Positions 27,558 to 42,000 of a DNA stretch of 64,000 bases are shown here, piece by piece. Position 1 is the first letter of the stretch. The number at the start of each line of letters is the position of its first letter. A model generated the notes under the pieces. It saw only the letters and a program-made list of their open reading frames with translations. It was not told the DNA's origin and did not search any database. Origin of the DNA: Liolophura sinensis (lineage: Eukaryota). A program made the translations under genes and the position numbers. The stretch is from NCBI RefSeq assembly GCF_032854445.1, contig NC_088295.1, forward strand, positions 28,628,498-28,692,497, read 5' to 3'.

Positions 27558-30500
27558 CAACAGAATCAATTACATTTACATCATGATAGCGACCATATAT
27601 AGAGGTATAGAGGTTAGGCTAATGTGTTATAATCCTACCACATTTTGATGGACACGGACAGAGTGGACAGGGGTACAAATGGCTGCGGGGCAAAGTAGAA
27701 TACCAAACGGGTTTGTTTTTCTATTTTCCCTACAATGTAGGACGGTTTAACAATCCTCCATATGAGTGTACCGTCTGGGCATACCACTTAACGGGATGCA
27801 TAGAATGTACGATGGAAAGAAAACAGGCTTTTATGTGAAAATGTGTCAGTTTGGCAAAAATAATGGATTATATGTTGAGGGAGAAATGACTGGAGTGTCC
27901 AGACAAGAGGAAGTGGTATCAGGTGAAAGGGAGACGAGACTGGAACAAACTGATTTCTCTAGTCACTCCCAGATTGCCATTTATACACGTCAGTTAAGGT
28001 GACAACCCCACAAACAGGCTCCTCTTCCCAGTTTTTATCAACGAAAGCTCAAAGTCGGGATTCCTCAATAAGCTTCACGGAGTGTTCTTTTCGCGATCAT
28101 CGTGAGATCTGCCAAGTTGAAAAGCCAGAACGTAACAGTATACGGCAATCTGTTCGTGCTTTACTCATTCAGGTTGAAAACGGAGCCGGTTGGCGTGAAA
28201 TAATCTGATCCAGCACTCCGGCCTTGTTGGCCATCGCTATGTTCACACTTCTCGCTGACTTACCATATATCATTCACCGTATGTTTGCATACATATAACC
28301 ATTCAAAGAGGTACGGTGTATACTTTAGCAGGTTGCTCCCCACATCTTGTCATAAAATGACCGACAAAACAAACTTTACAGATAAGATGTATACCTCGGC
28401 TTCTTGGGTTATTTACTGTCAGAAGACGCCGTATTTTTGAAAGAGTCGTGTCCGCGTAGTTACGTCCAAGAACGTATATGGAAACTGTCTGATGATGCTG
28501 TACAGGACAGGGTACATACCTATGGGAGTAAACAACCCAATTTCCACCTTCACCCATTTCCTCCCTCACCCCCACCCCAGAAGTCTTAAGAGAGCTTTTC
28601 GCCAGATTTAATCGCACTCTTTGCGCACACAGTTTGTCTTTCAGTTCAATAGAAATCTCCCTGGAGAGATGACACTCGATCATCGTTGATTCACGAAAAG
28701 ACATGTTTATGAGTCAAGCGGAATTAAACATCAAGTTTACTGTCATGTTTTCGTGCTATGGCGTGGACTATACATGCTTAGCCATGTCAGAACTGTTGTT
28801 TAATAAACTGCTTTGTCATTGACGAATGCCATGGTGCAAACCCTATCGTAGACAGCACGACAAGTTATGTCTATCAATGGCCGAGTTTGGAGTTGCCCGA
28901 AATCTATTTTTGCAGGCAATTCGCGAAATCTTTGCTGTATTGTCAACATGTACAGAGTTGCCAGGCAGTCACGAGGTGTTACTATCCCAATAAGAACTGT
29001 ATGCGTACTGCTTAAACAAAGTTGAGGGGACTCTCTTGCTCAGATTAGATTGCTGTCTCGTTGCGACAATCAGGCTCGCCACTAATAAGATCGCGTGTTT
29101 GAATCCATCTCTCACTGTTTTAAGATTGCCAGGTATATTGTGAGGGTTTACCCAGGCACGTTAAATGACTAGGCGATGGGTACGGCCTTAAACAATAGTC
29201 AAATAAAAAATTAAATCAAAAATGTTTTCAAAAAATTGTCCTTTCATTATATAAACACAGATCATGATAGGAAATTCGAGTTACTTTTGAGAAACTTCGC
29301 AGATATTCACTGCTCGTAGGCTTCGCTGGCTCAGGTAGTTGTAGGACTGACACGCTGCGATCATCACGCCCAGATCAGTAAGTTTGAGATCTTGAACACC
29401 CATTACCGGAGAGGAAGTCAGCATGATGCCTGGTAGATGACTAGGTATGAACAAGTACAAATGCTCATCCGCATTTCATATTTTTATTTTTGACGACAAA
29501 TTTACATGTATCAGTTCGTCTATATTGTTGTTTTTTTTTTTTTTACTATTTTTGACTTATTGTTTTCAAATGGAATCTAGCAATTGTACTTTAGGACCAG
29601 AGACTGTTGAAGCCATAAACTGGAGAACATTCCAAAAATGCAACTTTGGTTAAATGTATATTTGTGCATGTATTTATACAGCGGATATAGAGAGACAAGA
29701 GAGTCCGTGGGGAGGGTGAAAAAGCTTGAGGTATCGCTTGACTGCTAACATCGGGAGGGGGATGATGAAGTTTTTTGCTTTTTTTTCTCTGAGCGTTTTG
29801 TAAAACCCCGGGGACACCAAGCTCACTATCCCGTGAGGAAGTGATGGTGCATATTATACTTCAATTTTGAAAAAAATGAGGCATTAGACTGTCTGCTTCC
29901 GTCTACTTATTAAAGATTCAGCAAAGTAAGACGTTGGTCGGACTATGATTGTGTGAATATTTGGATCATTGAGTGAGAAAGGGTTCACGTGCAAACAGTA
30001 GCATCTCACTTCCCACCACTGACGAAACATTTGTGTCAAACACAGAATGGATCCATCTATACAGGTATTTCATGAATGAAGGGTGTTCCGGCTAAAACAA
30101 TAGCGACTGTATTTCCTCTTTGGTGACCTGACGCTGATCTTCCGGTATCGCAGAACGGAACTTCCTGTAGTATGTATCAAAATTTATAGCATCTTTGTTT
30201 GCTTTATTATTACTGATGCAAAAAGAAAAAAAAATTCTGTTTGAATAATAATAAAAAGTGATTACCATTTGTAATATCTTGTCCTTGATCGATATTTCAT
30301 TCTTCAATATTGTGCCCAAAATGGAAAATTTTGTTTCATTTTCCCGTTTACTTGTCTGTAGAATTTTATTTATCTTTTATTTTACAAAGAAAACGGAAAT
30401 TTGAAATTATTCAACAAAGATAAAAGCAGTGCATCGAACAAAACTATATGATGGCCTAGTGCTATCCTAAACGTAGACCTGCCAAAATAAATAAAAATCT

Positions 30501-31239
30501 GTCTCTTTTTTTTTCTGAATTTAATTTCAGGCCGATTTCGATGAAAACCTATTTTATCCGCCAGGATGCTCATTGGTATTTCTGGATTTTATGATGTATG
30601 TACAATACAAATACAATACATGATCATCGGTTTTCGATTTGATTTTGTTATTTTTATTTTTGTTAAAATGAATAATCATAGGGGCTTTTCTTCAGGCAAT
30701 TAAGGTGCGGAGTTTACTGTTGACGGGCTCATAAACTGTGATTTGGATTCTCTACTTGCTATATGAGACAGTCGGATTTAACCTTTTTCGACTCGGTATC
30801 ATCTGAAGTAGTGAAAAAGGCTATGATTGCACAATTATACTACAATTTCTTCAGACATCATGATCATTTTTTCGGGGATTGACTGCTAGAATTGTGATTT
30901 TGACACGTCCCTAAATATTGCATTTAATTATTTACTTCCTTGTATTTTAATCCATTTACGAATATTAACCTTTATAGCGGATGTCAGATTTATGGGTGGA
31001 TAAGGATGTAGAGAAACTGTAAAATCTCATGCCAAATTCCTGACCATTTCTTGGACGTAAAGCCGTAATCGAACTGAATTAAAGAGAAAAAAACGTGAAC
31101 TAACTGGTCAAGAAAAATACTATATTGTGGAGAGCTTCGTAACGATTTGCCTTTTTGAGTTGGGTGACATGTTCATCATAAATTCACCTGAGCTTAGCAA
31201 TTCCAAACCATGATCACTAACACCTTAAATTCCTATCGC

Positions 31240-31880
31240 ACGAAAAAATTCCAGACTAGGATGACGTATTCACCAGAACTTCTCTTAGGCATAGCAATGG
31301 CTCACTAATACGATGAATCTCACATTACGTATTCCAGGCTAGGATGACGTATTCACCAGAACTTCTCTTAGGCACAGCAATGGCTCACTAATACGATAAA
31401 TCTCACATTACGTATTCCAGGCTAGGGTGATGTACTCACCAGAACTTCTCATAGGCGTAAAATACTGTAAGTCGAGATCATACGTTGGGATTACATAGCA
31501 ATTCCAAGTTGTGTGCTCGCCTAGACTTGTCCTAGAGGTGACAATAAGAGGTACTGGTCAGTGTAAATTTCCCATTTCTCATAGCGATTCTCCAGAACTT
31601 CGCTTCGGTATAAAGATACTATAGCTTGAGATCACTAATACGTTGAGTCTATTTTTTGGTTTATCAAATCCATCTTGGGGAACCGTATTCACCAGAACTT
31701 TTCGGGAACGTAGCAATATTACCTTGGGTCACTGTTCTAACGTACATCTTCCATTACGTTCACCTATTCCAGTTTGAAATTACTTATATTCGCCAGAACT
31801 ACTCTTAGGCGTAAATATACTAGGTACGGGGCACTTATACGCCTAACCTCACATTAGGCACAGCAGTTCCAGAAGGGGAT
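31240..31880. repeat. Satellite-like tandem array, unit about 85 bp (ccaggctaggatgacgtattcaccagaacttctcttaggcacagcaatggctcactaatacgataaatctcacattacgtatt). The first 2-3 copies are near-identical and later copies degenerate.
   Basis: Direct repetition of the ttcaccagaacttctcttaggc core at about 31270, 31355, 31440, 31590, 31690 and 31790. Confidence 0.8.
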
Positions 31881-32004
31881 AACCTATACAGACAAATGTT
31901 CTAAGTCTAAAGGTTTTTATTGATAGCAGATATAGGTTGTGATTAAATACCAGTGAACCTGGATGTTGTCATTTGGGATTTAAAATGCCCTTTTCTCGAT
32001 ATGA

Positions 32005-32310
32005 GGGAGTTTACAATTATCTGGTCCCATTTATGAACGTGTAGACTTGTTCATACTTTGTGCATATCTGGTCCCATTTATGAACGTGTACAATTATCTG
32101 GTCCCATTTATGAACGTGTACACTTGTTCATACTTATGGGCATATCTGGTCCAATTTATGAACGTGTACACTTGTTTACACTTATGTGCATATCTGGTGC
32201 AATTTATGAACGTGTACACTTGTTCACACTTATGGGCAAATCTGGTCCCATTTATGAACGTGTACACTTGTTCACACTTATGAGCATATCTGGTCCCATT
32301 TATGAAGCAG
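32005..32310. repeat. Tandem array A: about 6 copies of a 48-bp unit (atctggtcccatttatgaacgtgtacacttgttcacacttatgggcat)
   Basis: Seen directly. It generates ORFs 32047-32283 and 32058-32366 with reiterated peptides. Confidence 0.92.
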
Positions 32311-32344
32311 TATGCATGGTCGCACGTGTGAACTTACCTTTCAC

Positions 32345-32475
32345 TTACCTGGGGCCCGTTTCATAAAGCGCACGTAACGTTACGTGCACGTAACTTCCAT
32401 GGCGACCAGTATTGTAGGTATTACGTCGCCAGGGCAGTTACGTGAGCGTAGCCCTACGTGCGCTTTATGAAACGG
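32345..32475. repeat. Palindrome (ccgtttcataaagcgcacgtaacgttacgtgcacgtaac ... gttacgtgagcgtagccctacgtgcgctttatgaaacgg) between the two satellite arrays
   Basis: The left arm at 32348-32395 and the right arm at 32440-32474 are reverse complements of each other, with acgt-rich cores. Confidence 0.85.
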
Positions 32476-33215
32476 TGTCCTAACCCTTTTATAAACCTGT
32501 GTACCTGATCATACTTATCAATCAGCTTACCTAGTTTCATTTATGAACCTGTGCACCTGGTCACACTTACCGCTCAATTAATCTGGTTTCATTCATAAAC
32601 CTGTGTACCCCATCACACTTACCAATCAGCTTGCCTGGTCTCAATTATGAACCTATGTACCTGCTGGCATTTATCAGTCACTTTACCTCATTTATGAGCC
32701 TGTGAACCTGGTGACATTTATCAATAGTTTTACCTGGTCTCATTTTGAACCTGTGTATCTGGTGACATTTATCAGTCACTTTACCTGGTCTCATTTATGA
32801 ACCTGTGTACCTCATAACATTTATCACTCACTTTACCAGGTCACATTTATGAACCCGTATACCTAGTGACATTTAACAGTCACTTTACCGGGTCACATTT
32901 ATGAACCTGTGTATCTGATAACATTTATTAGTCACTTCACCTAGTCACATTTATGAACCCGTGTACCTGGTGACATTTATCAGTCACTTTACCTGGTCAC
33001 ATTTATGAACCTGTGTACCTGATAGCATTTATCAGTCACTTTACCTGGTCTTATTTATCAACCCGTGTATCTGATAACATTTATCAGTAACTTTACCTGA
33101 TCTCATTTATGAACCCGTGTACCTGGTGACATTTATCAGTCACTTTACCAGGTCTCATTTATGAACCCGTGTACCTGGTGACAATTATCAATCACTTTAC
33201 CTGGTCACATTTTAT
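32476..33215. repeat. Tandem array B: about 14 copies of a 52-bp unit (ctggtcacatttatgaacctgtgtacctggtgacatttatcagtcactttac). It shares the catttatgaac core with array A.
   Basis: Regular 52-bp periodicity visible across 740 bp. Confidence 0.93.
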
Positions 33216-34354
33216 TTATGCATATGTATGACTGAATACTGATCTCGAACCTGATTTGATAATCTTTCAAAATACTGACGAAAGATTTACGATACACATT
33301 TATTCAAGCAAATCTTCACAACCAATTATACGCTTTCATGAAAACAATCATAAAAAGCGTATATTTTACATATTTTATTGCTTGGTGTTTAACCCCGTAC
33401 TGCGGAATCATGTTTTTCACATATGTTTATTTGATTGGTGATGAACTCCGTGCTCAAGATTCCGTGTGGAGGAATTCTTCCTCTTATGTTATTCTTCAAG
33501 CAAGTTGTTCTTGGTGTTATTTTATTTTTTCACATTTTTAAACTGTTTGATTTTGATGGTGTCGGCAAAAATGACGTCAAAGGCACAACAATATTGTTTT
33601 GGTTTTTTTCCTAAATCCTAAATCACTTTACCTGGGCAAAGGATAGGATCAGGATGAACGATACTATATGCCAAAAGAACACAAAAAGTTGGAATGGTCA
33701 CACGATCTACCCCGCTAAAACCCACGGCATATGTTTAAATTTATATCTTCAAAGAAATATCAAACCTCAGCAGAAATTGTGAAAAATATACTTCTCAGGA
33801 TAAAAAATATCAAAGGCATCCGATTTTATCGGATTTTGTTGCTTGACAAAGATTCTATAAAACCATTTGAGCAGTTTCGTTTGAGTTACATAAGAGTCAT
33901 TCTGGCTAAATTCGCCGAAAGCGTCGAGGCGGAAAGTCGCTCCTTAAGGTTCAGTTCATTAGTAGACAGGTAAAATTGAGCAACGCGCCGCCCGTGTTGG
34001 GCTGGGTGGACTTCAAAGAAAACGGGGCAGGGCCCGGTTTTGGTAAAAGGATCATTGCAGTTTAATAACGAGTCCCGCCTTTTGCAGCCCGATCTTGCTG
34101 ACAATAGTCGATCGCCTGCGAGCATTCCAGTTAGGTAACCAACAAAACGACACTGACAGGTCACGGGACTCTATCCTAATCCACTCTTTTATCACGGAAC
34201 AATTCATCCGCAATATAGAGACCGGTTGAAAAAAAGTTGGCTAAGACACGTCGATGCAAGCGTATCATTACCCTGAGCGAAGAGGACGATTTGCTGTCTA
34301 CTGTGTACTCCCATTCTTAATTTGTAACTAGCAGACGATTCAGAAGTTTTCACG

Positions 34355-34520
34355 GCGGTCGGCCAATCAGATAGCTAGAAAGAGACCGCCACTTGTTCGA
34401 GTTACAGCTAAAGCCTTGTGTTATCCCGGTTTGGGCTGACATCGCGTCAGAGACAGCGAGGGGTTGAGTAGACATCCGAGTGAGTGGCCCAGCCGGTCTC
34501 TGATTGGTTGGTTGCAACAT
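34355..34520. promoter_or_regulatory. Candidate promoter-like block: two CCAAT boxes (ggccaatcaga at 34361; reverse-oriented ctctgattggttgg at 34497) in a CpG-containing segment
   Basis: Paired inverted CCAAT/Y-box motifs about 140 bp apart. No linked gene could be established. Confidence 0.2.
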
Positions 34521-35950
34521 TGAGGGTCAGGCAGTCTAATGCTTGTCCACGTTAAAATTGCCTTCGACGTTTAACGGTGTTTGATTCGAGTTATATAGAA
34601 CAAGGTAACCTGGCGTGGTTGGGCCGGCCCGTGTGGACTGTGGTTTACATACACACACAGACAGACAACTTGAGTGCCGGGCACGACTAGTATGAACAAA
34701 ATGACAGGGACGTCCAGTAAGTGTCTTTTAACATTTCGTACCTGTTTCCTTTTCCAGGTCCGCAAAGTTGTCCTGTTCCCCAATGACAAACAGTTTCGTG
34801 TCATCACCGCGTAAGAGATGTCAAAGATGTCACGGTGTATCCACTGCCATTAAGTTTGCTACAGGCCTTGTAACTAGGCTCTCGTCCAGGCTATAGCTAC
34901 ACGTACGGGTTACAAAAGCGCAATGACAGTGAGCATAATAAATCACTGGTGTACTCTATTGAAAGAATCCGCTATAAACTCAAACTGTCTACAGCTAACT
35001 AGTCTTAGGTGTTGATTTTATGGAGTCCACAACAAGCCTTCTCTTTTGTTACATCTGGCTCACGTCTGGAGAATGATCGCGTTTTAACAGCCACATAAAA
35101 CCCCTTTAAGATGGTTGAACAAATTGTCACCCCTTCCTAAACATTTATTTAGTTTTATTTACGACGTTAGGCCACGCTTGTAGGTTTACCTTAAGGCGTT
35201 TTCAGTCCGGGCTGAAGGCGAAGAACTTGCACTGGGTGAATATACAGAGGCTGTACGATGTAGCAAAACACTCCTGCCAAAGAACAATTTTATTTCTAAC
35301 AGAATACATTACATAGAAGCTAGTTTAGCAATTTTTGAGTCAATTACACTTTTTTATGAAGTAATGTTATACTGTTTGAGTCAACAGAAGCTTTTTACAG
35401 ATTGATTGTTACACTTTCTGAGTCTCCTACGAATCATTATCAGAATTTTTCAGTCCGTAGCATGCAGATCTTTGAAGAAGCATCAATGCACATTTGAATT
35501 CATTGACTGAATGTTTATTTAACGTCATACTAAAAAAATGAATCAGTTTCACTTTTCCTAAGAACTGTTACCAGAGCTCAGTTCACAAATGGCGGTGTAA
35601 GGTGTAACCCAGACACCAGAGCACTAGAATACTTCCGTCTAAATAATGAAATAATGTCCGAAACGAGGTTCTTTTTGCAGAATGGGTCAATTAATAGGAA
35701 AAACTTTTTCTGAAACTTTCAGTATATACGTAGTTAGATTAAATCCACAATCCACAATCAGATTATACATACCTTATAGTTCAAACGTAAAAACGAATTT
35801 ACTAAAGAAGGTTGACTGAAAAATCTATATTTTTTAACCACATATTATTTCAACTAGACGATAAAAATACAGGTAAAAGAATATCTTTGATTTTTGATCT
35901 TAGGAAAGAAGAGTAATTCCCAGAATATACAATTTTCTCTCAGCACAGAC

Positions 35951-35952
<2 letters not shown>

Positions 35953-36029
<77 letters not shown>
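35953..36029. repeat. (TA)n microsatellite
   Basis: Perfect run. Confidence 0.97.
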
Positions 36030-36032
<3 letters not shown>

Positions 36033-39000
36033 TAAAGTTTAAATATTAAAATAATTGCAATACCTACATCTGGCAAAAACTTGTAGTTTAATTTTACTAT
36101 ACTTGTATTTGTAAATTTCAGCTAATAATGTGTATTATTTTAAAGATCAACTCTCATAAATCCGCTCACATTACATATACTCACTGCACCTAATGAGTGA
36201 ATAATGATACCGGTGCATATATACAACGAGTGGTCGCGCGACGGGTTGGTATACGGAGTGAAAATAATTCTGCATGATTAATTAAACACTTTCATGTTAG
36301 TTTTTTTTCAAATTTGTTTTTGATGTGTATTTTTTTGTCTTGGTTTTATTTCTTGGGCTATTTGTTTTTTCACTTTAAAGCGTTTACTGAGCAAAGTTGT
36401 AAAGTTGGTGACAGGTTAAATCGCGTGTCCAGAAGGTGTTGATCGACCGGGGTTTCATTAAGGCGATAAATAAATGAGTAGGAAGATCAGAACGTCGGAA
36501 CGGGGAGACAGGCCGGGCCGGAGCCTGTATACCAGCTCGTTTGGGACAACTTTTTATTCCCATCGCTTCCGCGTTCACAAATTAGTTACCCGCTGGAAAA
36601 GGTGTGAATTATTAATGCACAGCGGTGATAGTATCGCCGTCCAGCAACAGCAAATTTCCTTGTTGACGACAAAAGATATTTCCAAGTGAATTTGATGGGA
36701 GTTGAAGACTCTTGGATGTGCTATAGTCCGCCTTCTTGAACGATTGAGGTAGTTTGGACTGAGCGCAGCCGCAAAGAGGCCATAAGATGGATTCCTCTAT
36801 TAACCGACAGCACAATCAGCTCATCCGTCCTTGTTCTAAGTTCGGGTGAGAAACGAATCAATTGATGGGGGACGATTGTTAAGTTTGGACCCGCCACAGC
36901 CTCGCTACACAGTCTCTCCAGAGACTTCCGGACTTAACACAGATTAATAGCCTGTAATAAGAAAGAATAGGGATTAATTTCTAGAGTAGTTCCAATTAAG
37001 CCATCAGACTTAAACCAGACGTGGAGAGCGAAATGGTAGAAAGACACGAACAAACCAATCACACGTCTGCTCACAGTAGTTATATGTTGGAACAATAAAA
37101 AGCTCACTTGATATTCGTGCGGAGAGGACAGGGAATCGTTAAAAAACCAAACTATTAAAGAAAGGACAATAAAAACTAAAGGGAAAAAAACGAACGAACA
37201 AACAAACAATAAATGGAACGTAATAAAAGATTTACAGTGTAGAGACCTACCACCTATTATGGACATTCATGACACAACAGTTTTGTGTTTATATTAAACG
37301 TTTTCATGATTTTTCCGGATTAAAATTTGTACATTTACATAAGGTTCCCTTTAGAAATATTTTTTTCGTTGAGATTTTCGTTTCCATTGCATAGTTTTAA
37401 GATATGTAGTACGGTATTTGCATAATTCAATGTCATGACGGACGACAACCGTACGTGCCGGAAAGCTATACAATATAAATTGAAATATGACATCATGCTG
37501 TAAAAGTATGATATATTATTAATAAAATACTTATTCATTACGTAGAATTCACACATTGTATTTGCACAGTCATTTACCACCGTTTGTAGATATCTATCCG
37601 GTCTGTTCTAAGCGCAGGCCCAGCTAACATATACACCTCATGACGCCATTCATTCGTCATGTGTATATGTGTATTATATATGTTTGTGACAGTTGTGCTA
37701 TATGTTATATATACCGATTTTATTTTTTAATTACGTTTTTATAAAATTAATTTTTTACGGTGGGTGTGTCCATCCCATGCTGCCTTGTAAGATTTATCAT
37801 TTATTTTTGAGGACTGTATAATGAAACAAATTTTGAAAGGAAAAGATTTTCTTCCCAAACCCGAAATTACATTTCAGTGTATAACCCGATATTTTATACA
37901 AAACTTCTTTAGTGTGCTCCACTAGTTTATCATGTAAACTAAAAATAGAAAGTACCCATATAATTAACATAAATCTATAAGTAGATGAATTTAAATAATT
38001 ACCTGTTGATGATAAATACACAAACAATGTAGGTTTCGCAACTGATTATTTGATCACAATGTAAATCGTTGCATATTCAGTTTTAAACATTTTTGCTGTG
38101 GTGTGTACAGATGTAGCATGCATCCGAATCAGCTGGCGAGACCTTATTTGTGATTTAAATGTGTTGCAAAACTATTCTAAACAGGTGGAATCTTTATCCT
38201 TTCAATTATGTGTTTTAACAAACAAAAACGTTAAGTAAAAAAAAAACGTTCAAAGTCAGAGTTTTTCTTTGGTTGACGTTAACCGTGGATCTCCATGCCA
38301 AACCTCTGTCTGAGGTGACAAAGTCGTGTGCTTTTGTACCTTTTATTTTGAAGAGTTCCGATTTAGGATAGAGGAGGCGATCTTAAGTCAATGTGTATCG
38401 ACAGAAGCTCCGACAGTCCCCATCCGCCCTCTGTAGTTACAGCCCCAGCTCTGGGGGATTTACTTTTCACAACTCTTGTATACATGTTCAGAAAATTTCC
38501 AGCAAATTAGCGCAAAATTTCACCCAGGTCCGAATCACTACATCACCATATTTTTTGACAATAAATTTTAAAATGCTTAAATGTTATAATTTCCAAAACT
38601 TGAACCTTGGAGCAAGCAGTTTGGTTTGGGTTTATTTGAGTGGGTGTACATATGTTTTCTCTTGGCACCGTACCATGAAGGTCAGCGGAAGGGCTTTAAG
38701 GCGCGTGAAGATGAACTGAAGTTGAGAAGTGTCTGTATAAACGTGTCGGGAAATGTGACAGGTTCCGTGCTGAAGACTCAGGGGTCGAGGGAGCTGCCGT
38801 CAAGCCGACCCGAGTCCTCGGCACACACGGGCGCCCAGCAGATTGAGGAACCATCAAGGCAACAGAAACGGGATTTGTTGTCAAAAGCCTTTAGACGAAT
38901 CCCTCATATCTTATCGCCACGGTCCTTATGTCAGATAGTGCTTTTCTCAACCCCCTTTTCTCCCGCCCCAAAACTCATCTCCGTATCCCGGGAAAAGTCC

Positions 39001-42000
39001 GGAATTTTTATGATCCGTTTCAAAGCCCTGCAGAATTTCTTCTTTCTCGATATTATTGGAGTCAGAAAAATCCGAAAGTGGATTCACGTTGGACTATGGG
39101 TTTTCAAAGACATAATCACAATATATGTTAAGGGAATGAAGCTGTCTTTGCAAATATAGGGCATAAAAATTTATTTTACATCACACCTGTCCTATATCAC
39201 AAATGGCGTAATAAAACTCAAAGTGATACAAAGTAATATGGGAAGATTTAAAGTTAATGCATTCGTCCTTTGGATTTATCACAGAACTGGAGTTAGATAA
39301 TAATAATATATGAGGAGTGATGTTTTTATGAGTTGTGACACACGTACAGAACCGAAGGAAATATTCATAAAATAAAAATATAAAATTGATTTTAAAAATA
39401 CGTTTTTAAAAATATGAAACACTCTTTGTGAAATAAAAAACAACCAATGAAGAAAAGGTGTGATGTACATAGAACTGTCATTGCCAACATTTTAATGTAT
39501 ATATATAGTATGATGATAATATAGTTGTTTTGAGGTCATCGAGGTGAGCACTGCCTTATGTAAAAATAATGATACATGGATAATATTTGATCCTGCATAA
39601 GGGTATAATTAAACGTCTAAAATCAATAGGTCTGTCCCCTGGGTGGACGTGGTCCTATGAAGACATGAGCAGCCTGGGACACTTGTCTTACTGGCGGGCA
39701 GGTGAAGGATTCCTGTCATCACTGTAACCTTAGGGTTATGTCACTGTAGAACGTGGGGCCGAGAAAAACGAGACACCTTTAAAAGCCGGGTAGATTTGTA
39801 GATATTAGAGGAGGGTTTAGGCCAGATCTGGAGCCAGCACTCTGGTTAAACACATGTGAGATGGGATCTGGTCGGATTGGCAACTCGTATGTTGAATTCT
39901 TCTTCACTTTTAGCGTTGGCCATAAAGCCCCTGTCGAGAAGAGCGGTTGGAAGATAACGTCAACAAAAGACCGTTTGCCCTTCTTAAGAGCATTCTTCTC
40001 ACCCAACTAGAGTCAGAAATAAATACATAAAAAGTCGAGAAAGTCTATAGAGGTTTAGCGATTTTCACCGTGAGTGGCTGCCCCAAACTGTACGGTGTGG
40101 GCTGTGCAGGCCCGGGCAGTGGGCAGAAGACAAAAGAAGAGCAGGGTTAACCGAAAGGCCTGCCCCCGAACATGCGATTTGTGATACACGGGCTTTCACA
40201 GGCATCAAAGCCTAATCCCCTCCCAGCCAAAAAAGTGTCTACGACATTTTAAAATGCATAACTGTAAAGGAAATAGAGCAAGCATACAAATATTGCAAAT
40301 CTCAGTCCAAACACGTGATTCCCGATACTTAAAGATGACATAGCTGAGGGCTTTTCGAGGCTTATATTAGACATGGGTTTTAAGTCCATTTCCACTTATT
40401 TTAACACTTTCTTTCTAAGTATATGATTTAATTCTCTCCTAAAGTGTTATTTTAATACCTCACATTGACTTTTTCAAGATGAACTTGTCTCGTTCGATAA
40501 ATTCATCTGCTAAAATGCACCTCCTTTAAAAAACAAGATAAGAGGGTCTGATCAAGGGTTCCATGTTTGCTCTAGAATTCTCTTTATCTCTTATTGTAGA
40601 CGGGTTTGGAATACATCGGTGGCGACTTAAGGAACTTTTCGCTTTGAAGTGTTTTGGCACAAGAAAGTCAGTGTACCCAATATTAACTGAACCGAAAAAA
40701 CCGAGCTCCTCCGCTATTCTTGGACTGTGAAATATAGCTAAATCAACTGCGACGAATCCATACAGATTTTAACACCTTGGACATTTTTTGTTTCTGCGCA
40801 CGGTTCAGTTATCTGTGGCACGAAAATCTCCAAAGCCGTTCCCCAGTAATTTTCGATATTTCTGGCCGCTAAGGCAGAGCTGAGGGAGGGAAGACTTAAT
40901 CTCATACCAGTATCCTCGTCATCCTTCAGACAATCGCTTCTCAAACGTGTTGACGTTTGTTTTTACCGTTGACGGTCATCTGTGAGCGTTTACTCGTCAG
41001 CTATAGTGAGAAGACGTCAAACTATTCCCTCGACTTTGTGTCACTGTTATCGAGTTCCCTTTCTCCTCGACTCAATCCCTAACAGGAGCCAATTTGTTGG
41101 GCAACCGGCCATAATCAAGAAAGGAAATGTCAAGAAAAGTGAACCTTATGTTAAGAATTTTTCCATTTTGCATGCAAAGCTGCGATTCCTTCCCATGAGA
41201 GTTCTCTGGTCACGGGAGGTAAATAAGGTAGATGTGCCAGATGCACGGCTGGCGCAGCTCTCTGTCAATACATCTTTATGAGTTAATTTGAAAACAAGGA
41301 CCCTCCTCGTCTTCATTTGCTCTTTCTGATCAAAGTCCCATAAACAGCGACCGTCGTAACAAGACTTTTATTCATTTCTCCATTTGTATCCAAATTTGTT
41401 TTTTGTGACGCTTGATTTGTTTGTAGGCACAAACTTGGGCCGCTTTCAGTGGGATTATAAGAGAGCACAAATCCACGTCGACCCTTGTCTCAATATTTGA
41501 ATGGGCGAGAGATGTCAACCGACTGAGTTTACATTAGAAATTAGATGCCCGTGGAAATCGGGGAAAATATTAGCGCCGATCGTGGGTTTACGGGGGAAAT
41601 GTGCACAGTCTCGAGGAAATAGATCAATGGCTAAGGGTTTGGAAGTGTAGCAAAAGGACGCTTTACCACAGTCCTCCTTTTCTCTTATCTTTGACTTTGT
41701 GGACACAACTGATTGGTCAGAGTGTACCTGGCTAAACACCGTCGTTTGACCAGCGACAGGGTCAAATTCTAGCGCCGTGTGCTCCGAGACCACCGGCTAG
41801 TGAGATGCGAAAGAACATTACAGAATTGACGGACTGTTTTTTTGTTTATGCTAGATCCATAAAGATAGCGTCGACTCTGCCCTCGACCCTACAGTTTCAT
41901 ATTTGTCTCCCCCGCTGGAAAAATCCAAAGTCAAATTGGTGGTATGTCGTCTGCGGGCCTGAGGCGCGGGAATCCCACCTTATCCCGTCCGTCCCTTAAA

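Noticed and set aside
32476-33215. Regular 52-bp periodic array that superficially resembles a CRISPR repeat-spacer array
   Set aside because: The whole 52-bp unit is repeated and there are no unique spacers. The copies show satellite-like point divergence. The context is eukaryotic, and a related 48-bp satellite lies adjacent.
38626-39159. 177-codon + strand ORF, the longest in the window
   Set aside because: It has a TTG start and overlaps an opposite-strand ORF (38696-38884). There are no conserved motifs. It is best explained by reduced stop-codon frequency in a GC-rich putative regulatory island upstream of NR2E1.
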